Source: Octopus sinensis
Lineage: Eukaryota
Length of the DNA stretch: 33,497 bases
Assembly: GCF_006345805.1 (NCBI RefSeq)
Contig: NW_021832102.1
Span: 1-33,497 of the forward strand
Direction of reading: 5' to 3'
The translations under genes were made by a program, and so were the position numbers. Position 1 is the first letter of the stretch. Every line of letters begins with the position of its first letter. The notes beneath the pieces were generated by a model, which saw only the letters and a program-made list of their open reading frames with translations, did no database searches and was not told where the DNA came from. Positions 24,110 to 33,497 of this stretch are shown one piece after another.

Positions 24110-24510
24110 CTGCAAAGAAAGAGAAATAAAACAATGTAGAAATTAATGTTTATTTTACCGTAAATATTGTAAAAGTACTCTGAAATGATGATCCAAAACT
24201 GCGACAGAATTTTATTTTCAATTTTACATAACTGGAATTTTCTACGCTGCGCTCTTTATTAATAGAAAGCGAAATAGTTTAAATCCTTATAATTCTTTTC
24301 TTTGCCATATTGTCGGGCAAGTTTAGCACGATCAAAACAATAATTTTATTAAATATAAACTGACAACTACGTGCCACTCTCATAAATAAAAATGAATTAC
24401 AAGTGGAATTTGTTTTTCTTTTTACAAAAAAATGCGTTATCTCATGCCACAAAGAATGGTTATTATTTTCTTTGCACAAATTTGAAAAGCTTAAAAACAA
24501 TCATTTTATT

Positions 24511-24672
24511 TTTTCTACGATACGTACAAGACCCGAAATTTTTTGGGAAGTGGCAGTCTATTAGATCGACCCAGTACGTAACTGGTACTTTATCGACCTC
24601 GAAAAGATAAAAGGCAAAGTCGACCTGGGAGGAAGTCGAACTCAGAACGGGAAGACAGACCAAATACGTAAC
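24511..24672 (-). mobile_element. SINE family B partial copy at the 3' break of the L1/Tx1 element
   Basis: ggtactttatcgacctcgaaaagataaaaggcaaagtcgacc...gaactcagaac. Confidence 0.75.
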
Positions 24673-25692
24673 TTAGCTCTGGCAATACTTCCCACGTGTT
24701 GGGCTTCAAGATGCTGGTTTAACTCCAGTCTTTTCACCCTCGCTTGGTCCGCATCACCAGTCCTCCAGGCTTCTTCTAGTTCCTTAACTAGACTATCTCC
24801 TATTCTACGTCCCTTCTTAGCTAAACTTATGCTAAACCTAATAGACTCATATTTAATGGCTCTTTTTAGGGCGTACCACCATTTGTTATTAATGATGGTA
24901 CCTATAATGCCCTCTGATCTGCTTCTGTACGCCTCAATCGCCAAAAGGGACGTATTGAGTTTCCAGTAGCCAGATCCCTGACTATGCAACTTATCTACCG
25001 TCAGTTTACAGGTAACCATCTTGTGGTCACTGTAGCTGACTAGAAAAAACTGTGGACACTCGGCTATGGACTTATCTGTTTCTCTAATTAAAATCCTAGA
25101 TATGTTCTGGAAGACCCATCATTATTTCACCACGTCCACTGTGGAGTGTTCGGGTGTTCCAACCTATATAGATCTGCTAGTTGAAAGTGACTTAGCAGAT
25201 CCCGTAAGCCTGGGTTACATTTTCTGTTCATGTTCGAGCCAACACAATCTGTGTGTGCTACACATATTGTGTTAAAGTCTCCTAACAATACTAGCGAATG
25301 CGACGTGGCTAGGAACTTGCCAAGGTCACGAAAATATTCACTTTGCGGGCTACAATGTTGAGTGCATAAATAACGACTAGCCTGATTATCTTGCCACAAC
25401 TGAATATCAGGTCAAGAACGACCAGCCTGCCTTCTGGGTCAGAAAAAACAACTTTTTCTCAGCTACCCGGTTTCTTTTTAGTAGGACCAACACCCAACCC
25501 CCACCTCCCGCCCGACTCGGAGAAACGTATTTCTTGTAGCTGTTCAGGAGGGGGAGTAGATCTCTTGGCCCTTCACCCGGGTTTCCGTTGCAACAATTAC
25601 ATCCAAATTTCTCGACCTGATATCATTTAGGAAGCGCACTTGCTTCCAACTCGACATCAGGCCACGAATATTTATATAACCAATGTGAATAG
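24673..25692 (-). pseudogene. LINE ORF2 N-terminal APE endonuclease, disrupted
   Basis: IHIGYINIRGLMSSWKQVRFLNDIRSRNLDVIVATETR from ~25690; ORFs 25127..25399 and 24642..25019 carry further motifs; stops and frameshifts between them. Confidence 0.88.
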
Positions 25693-26021
25693 ACGTGACT
25701 TACCTTTTAGGTCGGGGCGTCCTGTGGAGAGAGACTCTCCATCTTTTCTTGACTTAGGGTCGGCGATGGTAAGCCTTCAAACATAGATTGGTGAAAATCA
25801 AGTCTCAATGTTGAGACCGATTTTCTATACGTGTTAAACAAGATATTATACGTTTTGTTTTTGTCCAATTCGTAAAATTCATAGTTTTTATATTTTATTT
25901 GATACTTCAATTAGTCTAGTTACTGTGTAGTCTGTCTCTCTTGCCATTTTTCTTTTTTTTTTTTTTGGTCTCGGCTCGCTCTGCTTTAGCTGGTTCGAGC
26001 CTTCCATTTTCCTTTTGTTGT

Positions 26022-26927
26022 TTATTTTTCCTTCAGTTTCTCTCTTTCTTCCTCCTCACCATCTGATTCTTCTTCACCTTCTTTACAGTATATTTTAATG
26101 TGACCCAGTTGGACACACTGGAAACATCGGGGCTTACGCCCTTCAACAAAAATATTTAGAACTTCTACGATTTCTGGGAGCTGTTCTAAAATTTTTTGGT
26201 CAGCCTGCAATATGAGGTTGAGCGTTTTACCAGTCCAATAGGTATTCTCTGTGACGGTAGCCTGCAGGAGGTTAATATTATCCTCCCTGATTGCCTGGAC
26301 TGCCGCCATCAAGCACATAGGGTTTACTCCGGGTGGAATTCTTGGTATTCTAACCTTAGATGTTCTCATTCCCATGTAAATTGAGATTAATATTGTGTCT
26401 TCCGACTCTAATGATTTTACAGAGTGTTTCTGTACCGTTTCTGCGTTCTTAAACCTCACCACGATGGTTCCAAACTTCTTCCCGCTGGCTAGATATGTAA
26501 TGTCCTGCCAGATGGGTTTTAAACATTTTTCAATTGTTTGCTCATATATCTTATCAATTTTTTGAGCATTTAAGTAGAATGTCTTAAAAATAATAATTTT
26601 TCTTTTTTCCTCCGTTAATTCTTCTTTTGGTATTTTCACTCTTACCACTCCATCTCGTTCTGTTATCATTTCTTTGTATTATAGTAATTCTTGTTTGTCA
26701 GTTGACAGCTGTCGCGTTCCACTGCCAGCTGCTGATGCAAAACTTTTTCGTTCTTCATTTTGGAAGGTCTTTGCTTCTATATTTCTTTTGGTATTCATAA
26801 CTTTTGGTAATGCAGGGAATTCACTTTCCGAAACATCAGAAACATTATCAAAAATTAAATTTTCTATTTTCTTTGCTTCCCGCTCGGTCGATGAATCATC
26901 ACCCGACGAAGACACACTTTTCGGCAT
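26022..26927 (-). pseudogene. LINE ORF1 (gag-like, RRM-like segment plus zinc knuckle), one in-frame stop
   Basis: ORFs 26679..26927 and 26022..26669 are in the same frame, separated by ELL*YKEM. Knuckle CFQCVQLGHIKIYC at 26126-26085; KKFGTIVVRF is RNP-like. May continue by frameshift into 25707..25910. Confidence 0.85.
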
Positions 26928-27077
26928 CTTGCCGGCAATTAATGTTTTCCTCCACAGATAGCTTTCGCAAGAAAACTATAATATAATTTTTAAACAATAA
27001 GTCCATCAATAGGTACAACAAGAGATATAACAATTAAGAGAAACTTACGAACACACTCCAACAATAAATTTTCAATA

Positions 27078-27329
27078 ACAGACAGACGAAATACCTATTT
27101 CTTTACTACCCACAAGGGGCTAAACACAGAGAGGACAAACAAGGACAGACAAACGGATTAAGTCGATTATATCGACCCCAGTGCGTAACTGGTACTTATT
27201 TAATCGACCCCGAAAGAATAAAAGGCAAAATCGACCTCGGCAGAATTTGAACTCAGAACGTAACAGCAGACGAAATACCGCTAAGCATTTCCCCCGGATT
27301 GCTAACCTTTCTGCCAGCTCGCCACCTTC
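27078..27329 (-). mobile_element. SINE family B (unit 1 plus start of unit 2) directly upstream of the LINE 5' UTR
   Basis: Head aaggtggcgagctggcagaaaggttagc; junction gtagtaaagaaataggtatttcgtctgtc. Confidence 0.88.
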
Positions 27330-27346
27330 CATTATCATTTTATTGT

Positions 27347-27600
27347 GAAGTCGCCTGGCTTAGTGGTTAAGGGTGTTGCGTTGCACACAGGTTCGCGGTT
27401 TCGATATCCGGGTTGGATGGTGACCTGTGTTCTTTAGCAAAACACTTAATTTCATCTTGTCTCAGTCCACTCAACTAGAAATGAGTTATCCTACAACGGA
27501 CTGGCATCATGTCCAGGGGCAATGTTGTGAACTCGGTCCCTTATACGCCATGCAAGCCGGATATCCGGTCCAGTGAGACCTAAAACTTGAGGCAGTACCT
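27347..27600 (+). mobile_element. SINE family D: tRNA head, CORE-like and V-domain-like segments, diverged
   Basis: tggcttagtggttaaggg (A box), ggtttcgatatcc (B box), gtgttctttagcaaaacacttaa (CORE-like), acggactggcatcatgtccagggg (V-like). Domain names are from recall. Confidence 0.55.
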
Positions 27601-27616
27601 ACATACCATGATGTTA

Positions 27617-27988
27617 TCTTTATATATAAAAGTGAGGTTGTGGGCTGTCTGTCTCCTACGATTTAGATTCCTAACTACAGTTTAACCAAAACCGGGTATA
27701 GTCGTGATTCATATCGAGCCCTTCTGGGTATTAGCGCGCGTCTACGATGAGTCTACGATTAAAAAAAAAAATTACCATCAATTTTTCCCATTTTTAATGT
27801 ATTTTTGGCATATATAAGGGAAGTAACTCTCTAAAAATTTATTAAATCTCAGAACGTAAAAAGCTACAGTAACAACCCCCCCCTTTGTGGTTAGCCATAT
27901 TGAGATGGCTATTATACTTTACATCTCTAAAAATGCTTATATAGTTATTTCCCTTACAAACCCGAGCAACGCCGGGCGATACTGCTAG
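27617..27988 (+). mobile_element. Non-autonomous Helitron (372 bp)
   Basis: 5' TC start (a|tctttatatataaaag), 3' hairpin cccgagcaacgccggg (27961-27976), CTAG end (27985-27988), inserted between A and T, no TSD. Confidence 0.85.
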
Positions 27989-28279
27989 TTAAATATAAAC
28001 TAATAAATACGGGAGGCGCCTTTATAAACAAAATAACAGCAGAGTTTTTGCTTTGCCCCCTTTACTGATAAAATAGTTCGGATCTGTGTAATTATTCTTT
28101 CTTCCCCATGGTGACCATAGCAGGTTATCCGTTTCTTTTTTTCAATCCTAACAGGCCCACCTTTTACGGGAAACATTGTTTTAAGGATCAAGTCTCCAAT
28201 TGCAGATTTTTTAAACGGCAAACTGTTACCGTGATATGTGATTTTTTTTTTGGGGGGGGGTATTGATCAGAGATTGCAC

Positions 28280-28393
28280 ATCACTACCACTAATTCCATT
28301 CATCACTCTCCCCCACCACCACAAGCACCGCTGCCACCACCATCACTACCACCGCTGCCACCGCTGCCACCACCACCACCACCACTACCACCA

Positions 28394-28459
<66 letters not shown>

Positions 28460-28890
28460 TTACTACTACCATGACTTCTACTACCACTACTACCACTATT
28501 AGAAACCCATTACGCCACCACAACACCAACACTAACAACAATATTCTGACCACCACTACCACTAGGACCAACAAGAACCCTCACCACTACCAACACCATA
28601 AACGTAACCACTACCACCATCACCACCACCACCACGATCATCACAATACCGTTACCACTACCAACGCTACTATCTCCACCATGAAAACTATCACCGCAAC
28701 TACTTCTACCACCGCCACTACCACCACCATCACCAGCAACAATATCACTGCCATCACCACCACCACCATCACCAGCAACAACACCATCGCCGCCGCCACC
28801 ACCACCACCACTATCACCATCGCCGCCTCCGCCACCGCCGCCACCGCCTAAACTATCATTACCAAAACCGTCACCATCACCTCTGCTGTC
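28280..28890. repeat. Degenerate (ACC/ACT/ATC/GCC)n trinucleotide low-complexity tract
   Basis: Directly visible; gives poly-H/T/P/V/G ORFs on both strands. Confidence 0.9.
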
Positions 28891-29135
28891 GCCACTACCT
28901 ATAAGAATAACGTGAGTTGTAGACAAGTTGATATAATTGGGTGACAAACTTCCCAATTAAATATGTAATGAGAAAGTATTTAGAGCTAATTAGTTGACTT
29001 TGTGTGCGCGCGCGCATGTGTACATGTAGGTATGTAGAAATATCTGTATATATTATATTTACACCAATTAACACACACACACATGCATGTATGCATACAT
29101 ACATGTGTACGTACGTACATACATATATACATATA

Positions 29136-29177
<42 letters not shown>

Positions 29178-30117
29178 CATAGATAGATAGATAGATAGTT
29201 AGATAGGGAGAGAGACAGATAAATAGACAGAGATAGATATGTGTATATATTTACATTCATGTATTTGTATATATGTGTGTGGGAGAGAGTGTGTAGACAT
29301 ATACACATATAAACTTGCACACACGCATACGTGCCCATGTAGGTACACATAACACATATTCATATAAATAATACATATTGTATATGTTTTCACTTGACCT
29401 GGATTCAAGTTACTAACGGTGATATATAGATATGTTATACAAATACACAACGCCGTCATCAGCAAGCAATGATATAGAGTTAAGCGAAGGATACATGTTT
29501 TATAAACTATAGTGTTGCATCAAATTTTGAACAAGAATCTCTGATAACTATTCGTCATAAAAATTAATTATTGTGCTTCAATCGAGCACGAAAAAATATT
29601 CTCTTCCTTTTTATGAAATATTCATTTCTATAACAAATATTATTGCTCTTTCTTGAATATTAAACTTAAATGTTAGATTCTAGTAGTAGGGCACTTAATT
29701 GTAGCGAAATGATTTCAGTTTTACCATATTTCAGCTGGTTTTTATAGATCCTGGTTCTAACTTGCTGTAAGAGCATGTAAGCAGTAAGCTTCATTAGCCA
29801 TCTCTTCTTTTTCTGCAGATGACGTTGCTATATGCATGTATAATTAATCTGCTAGAAACGATAGACATGACCAGGAAAGAATAGAATATGTATGCATTGC
29901 GCAATTTTTCATGCGTTATTTAAGTCATATTATAATATAACTTTGATATAACTTATAATATAAATTTGATCTCAGTTCACCTACTGTAATCGGGAGCGCA
30001 GCTATCCGTTTGCCGACAGATGCATGCTTATACATGCACGGACACAAACACACGCGCGCACATACAAGCACACACACGCACTAATATTTGATTTATGTTG
30101 ATTTATAATGGTTTTAA

Positions 30118-30262
30118 ATTTTGAAACAAGGCCAGAAATCATAAGGTAAGTTGATTACATCAACCCGAGTATTCAACTGGTACTCATTTTTGCCAACCCG
30201 AAAAGATAGAATTTGAACCCAGAACGTAAAGAGCCGAAAGAAATGTCGCTAAGCATTTAGTC
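30118..30262 (-). mobile_element. Old SINE family B remnant
   Basis: acaaggccag...gattacatcaacccg...caactggtactcatt...gaatttgaacccagaacgtaaag. Confidence 0.65.
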
Positions 30263-30289
30263 TACTAACAACAAATATAGTGCAAAAGT

Positions 30290-30735
30290 GCCCAACGGGA
30301 GAGGATGCAACTGTAAAATACGTACTAATTGTCCATTACAGAGCAACTGTCGCCGATTTAGCGGTGTTTATAAATTTATAGTTCTTAAACACAACACTGT
30401 CGGGATATACACTGGTCCTGCCATCAATTTTAAACGCCGATACATAACCCACCTAATCTCTTGAAACGTATTAAACACAATATGTCTCCCTTACAAGCTA
30501 ACCACATACATAAGCTTAAGAAAAACAATGAACTATATAATATTATTTGATTTACCATTTGTAGTACCATACAAGGAGCAAACGCCTCGTGCTGGTTATG
30601 CTTAAGAGATTCTGCACAAATCCTATTACATAATACACTGCAATTACTGAATAGACTAAATGAAGCGTTTACCACCTGTGTCCACAGATCCTTTAAAACG
30701 TTGCGATTTTATCACAAATCCAAATATAGCACTTT
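30290..30735 (+). mobile_element. Penelope-like element, decayed GIY-YIG endonuclease region
   Basis: RGCNCKIRTNCPLQSNC..GVYK...GIYTG..INFKRRYITHL*, then NHIHKLKKNN..Y.I*...CWLCLRD..ILL..LLNRLNEAFTTCVHR: Cys-rich linker, GIY-YIG-like motifs and the C-terminal CxxC..LLN..E...CxH pattern of PLE ORFs. Confidence 0.75.
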
Positions 30736-30890
30736 GAATCTGTCCATACAATTCTCACTTCAATAAATTAGAGGTGCATCATATACTTATTCAATTTAAT
30801 TTAATCTATAGTGCCTCTCTTTATTCCCCATCAAGATTATAAATCTACAGCCTTCCCTGAGATCCTTTTTTCTTTTCCCTATTCTAAATA

Positions 30891-31182
30891 CAGCACTTAT
30901 TCTAGCGATCTCTTTTACCGAACCGCTAAGTTACGGGGCCGTAAACACACCAATATCGATTGTCAAGCGATGGTGGGGGGACAAACACCAACACACAAAC
31001 ATATATATATATATATACGACGTACTTCTTTCAGTTTCCGTCTACCAAAACCACTCACAAGGCTTTGGTTTGCCCGACGCTATAGTAGAGGACACTTGCC
31101 CAAGATGCCACGCTGTCGGACTGAATCCGGAACCATGTGGTTGGTAAGCAAGCTACATACCACACAACCACTCCTGCGCCTA
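30891..31182 (-). mobile_element. SINE family A, 3'-truncated
   Basis: Aligns with 3822-4252 from the head to the gaaccgctaagttacgggg region. Confidence 0.85.
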
Positions 31183-31721
31183 TAATTCTGTTCATAATTC
31201 CAATACAACGATTTAACTAAATATTATTTTCAAGCAACCACACGCTATATTATAGCAAACACTTAAAGATATTTTCAGCCAATGTACACATTTTAAGATC
31301 TTTCTGTTCACTACCATGCTACACCCCTGTATCCACATTTAATCCTATTCACACTTTTCATTGAACTTACAATTTTGAATATCAATTTCTTATTGTTACT
31401 ATAAATAAATTCTTTATTCTGGTAACTACCAACAAACGCATTCATTTTAAAGCGTACTCACTGCCCTCATAAAATATCTTATAGTTTATAAACTTATAAA
31501 CCTGAATCGTTGTCAGCTGATTTATAGCCATATATACTTACGCTACTTTCCTTTTGCCTCACTCCACCTCTACTAACACAACCCTTTCCTTCTCACACTC
31601 TCTATTGACCACTATACAATACAGCTAGTGGCTAACAGGTATATTTTACCTCGTACTTCCTCCCCACCACGAAAACCTAAATTCCTTCTTTCCATAATGC
31701 CCCACTGGGTGTGGGGGCAAT

Positions 31722-31934
31722 ATGGCTAACCGGGCGAAATGCTTAGCGGTATTTTGTCTGTCTTTATGTTCTGAGTTCAAATTCCGCCGTGGTCGACTTT
31801 GCTTTTCATCCTTTCGGGGTCGATTAAATAAGTACCAGTTACGCACTGGGGTCGATATAATCGACTTAATCCGTTTGTCTGTCCTTGTTTGTCTCCTCTG
31901 TGTTTAGCCCCTTGTGGGTAGTAAAGAAATAGGT
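31722..31934 (+). mobile_element. SINE family B monomer, 5'-clipped
   Basis: cgggcgaaatgcttagcggtatt...gtagtaaagaaataggt. Confidence 0.88.
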
Positions 31935-32111
31935 TAACCGATAATTTACTTTCCCCATGTCCTGCTGTTATTCTGCGCATAGTCTTCTTCACACCATCGC
32001 AAGTAGCAACCCCTTCCCTACCCATACTAGCACTGGCCAGTTCTTTCTATATACCTTCCTCTAACTCTTAAACGTTGCATATCCGTCCCTCGTCATATTT
32101 GTTAGTTTCTA

Positions 32112-32764
32112 CGGAAAGATTTCCGCCCGTCCCCTGCCTCCCCCCAATATTCTCCCAAATTTGTTTATTTAATTTTTTTTTGCCAAAACCCCACGTTTTC
32201 GGATACGGAGGTTCCAGTAAATTGCCAAATATCGGTATTGTTAAATTCCCACCCCCTTTCCCCTCCTAATTCTTCAATTTTGACTTTTTTCCCCAACACT
32301 AACTCTAACCCTAAAACTCTGACCCTAACCCTGAAATCCTAACCCTAACCCTAAAACCCTAAAACCCTAACCCTAAAATCCTAACCCTAACCCTAAAACC
32401 CTAACCCTAACCCCTAACTGTAACTACAGAAATGTTTTGAAATTTTTGTCCGAATCATGATGTCCGTATTTTTCTGCATATTTAGAAAAAAAATTCTTTA
32501 AAAAAAATTTTACAAAAACTTTTGGAAATTTTTTCAGAATCATAATCTCCGTATTTTCCCGCATATTTGTAAAAAAAAAGAAAAAAAATTCTGAAAAAAG
32601 ATAAAAAAAGGAAGGAAATGGGGGTGGGGGTGGTAATTTAAAAAGGCCGATTTTTGCCAATTGTTTTGCAGATTCGTATTCCTCGTAGCCGAAAGGGGGG
32701 GGGGTCGGAAAAAATTTAAAACGGGTGGTTTTTTGGGGTGGGGGGACGGGCGGAAGTCTTGCCG
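32112..32764. mobile_element. Unclassified TIR element (653 bp) with 6-bp TSD carrying a telomeric-type array
   Basis: TIR cggaaagatttccgcccgtcccc / ggggacgggcggaagtcttgccg (23 bp, 2 mismatches); patchy symmetry to ~160 bp; TSD tttcta at 32106-32111 and 32765-32770. Confidence 0.75.
32299..32418. repeat. Interstitial telomeric-type (CCCTAA)n array with CCCTAAAA and TCCTAA variants
   Basis: Directly visible. Confidence 0.9.
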
Positions 32765-32829
32765 TTTCTACTTTTTATAACCTTATATTATATTCTTCGC
32801 TTCTTTTACGCTCACCACTGCATCCCTTC

Positions 32830-33300
32830 CACCACCAATATATCACTAAAGTTCTACCTTATTCTTCCTCTCATGCTGGATTAGATTGCTGCCGATCGTT
32901 TGCACCATCTGCGCATCCATTCTTGTAACAGCTGTAAGAGACTATCTGCAGATCTTCTTCCATCTACTTTTCTTCTCATCTCGCTCTGGATTCTACATAC
33001 GGTGACCAGCTTTATCTAATTTCAGTAATATGGAATTACTGATCTGGGAGAATACTCGCATATAACATAATCATTAGGAACATTCTTCTATTGAAATTTT
33101 GTCGGCCTCTTGTGATCTAAACTCCTGTAACATTCATCTATGCCTTCATATTAGGTCAATGTTTAAAGATATAAGCGTCAAAATCTGGCCTGATTCCATT
33201 TGTTTGCCCGTTAATACTTTATTTGATTGTAAACAACACTTCACCATTGAAACACTGCCTATGGCCAAGTTCCATTTGGCAGCTATAGCGGCCCTTCTTT
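32830..33300 (-). mobile_element. Possible very old LINE (RTE-like) 3' remnant
   Basis: Only a weak motif (MEEDLQI after an R-rich stretch); many stops. Confidence 0.25.
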
Positions 33301-33497
33301 TTCATTTACCAATTAAGTTGGATTTTAAGCGGTAAGTGAACCTGAGTACCAGTTGTATGTAGCCGTTCCCTCACGTCATCAGACGTAATATTACATGAAT
33401 ATTCTATATGCGTGTGTGTGTGTGTGCTGTGTATGTATTACGTATTTGGGTGTATCTGTGCTTGCGTTTGTTCCACTGCGCCACTTCACAATTGGCG

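Larger units (their letters stand above)
24673..27060 (-). mobile_element. L1/Tx1-type LINE, 5' portion only (5' UTR, ORF1, ORF2 endonuclease); RT absent
   Basis: ORF1 with CX2CX4HX4C knuckle; ORF2 APE motifs INIRGL, DVIVATETR, LVLLGDFN, LADLYRLEHP..WTW, GYWKLNTSLL. Confidence 0.9.

Noticed and set aside
28000-28221. 73-aa minus-strand ORF with ordinary amino-acid composition
   Set aside because: Non-ATG start, no polypyrimidine acceptor, no recognisable domain.
29800-29885. Strong plus-strand acceptor tctcttctttttctgcag
   Set aside because: All three frames stop within about 22 codons and no donor or poly(A) context supports an exon.
32299-32418. True chromosome end or subtelomere
   Set aside because: The array is only ~120 bp, degenerate, internal to a TIR element and followed by more than 1 kb of ordinary sequence.

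Overview
AT-rich, microsatellite-dense metazoan DNA with no intact protein-coding gene. The repeat complement (tRNA-headed SINEs with CORE-like and Meta/MESC-like domains, abundant (AT)n/(ATGT)n/(AAT)n/(GATA)n, a TTAGGG-type array) is best matched by an octopus genome. This is inference, not a database result. Almost all ORFs in the supplied track are translated microsatellites. Recognisable content: four SINE families (called A-D here); a 3'-truncated L1/Tx1-type LINE with CCHC ORF1 and APE endonuclease (24673-27060, -); a head-to-tail stack of different R4/Dong-like RLE-LINE 3' ends joined by (TAA)n tails (16741-19953, -); a Penelope-like GIY-YIG remnant; a non-autonomous Helitron; a Helentron/HINE-like element; several foldback MITEs; and one weak candidate host terminal exon (24109-23985, -). 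I found no convincing new multi-gene system. The most interesting signals are structural: the LINE stack, a SINE trimer flanked by one 16-bp TSD, a SINE/LINE shared 3' tail, and a 653-bp TIR element with a 6-bp TSD carrying telomeric repeats. Most element boundaries were set by eye and are approximate unless a TSD or terminal motif is quoted.
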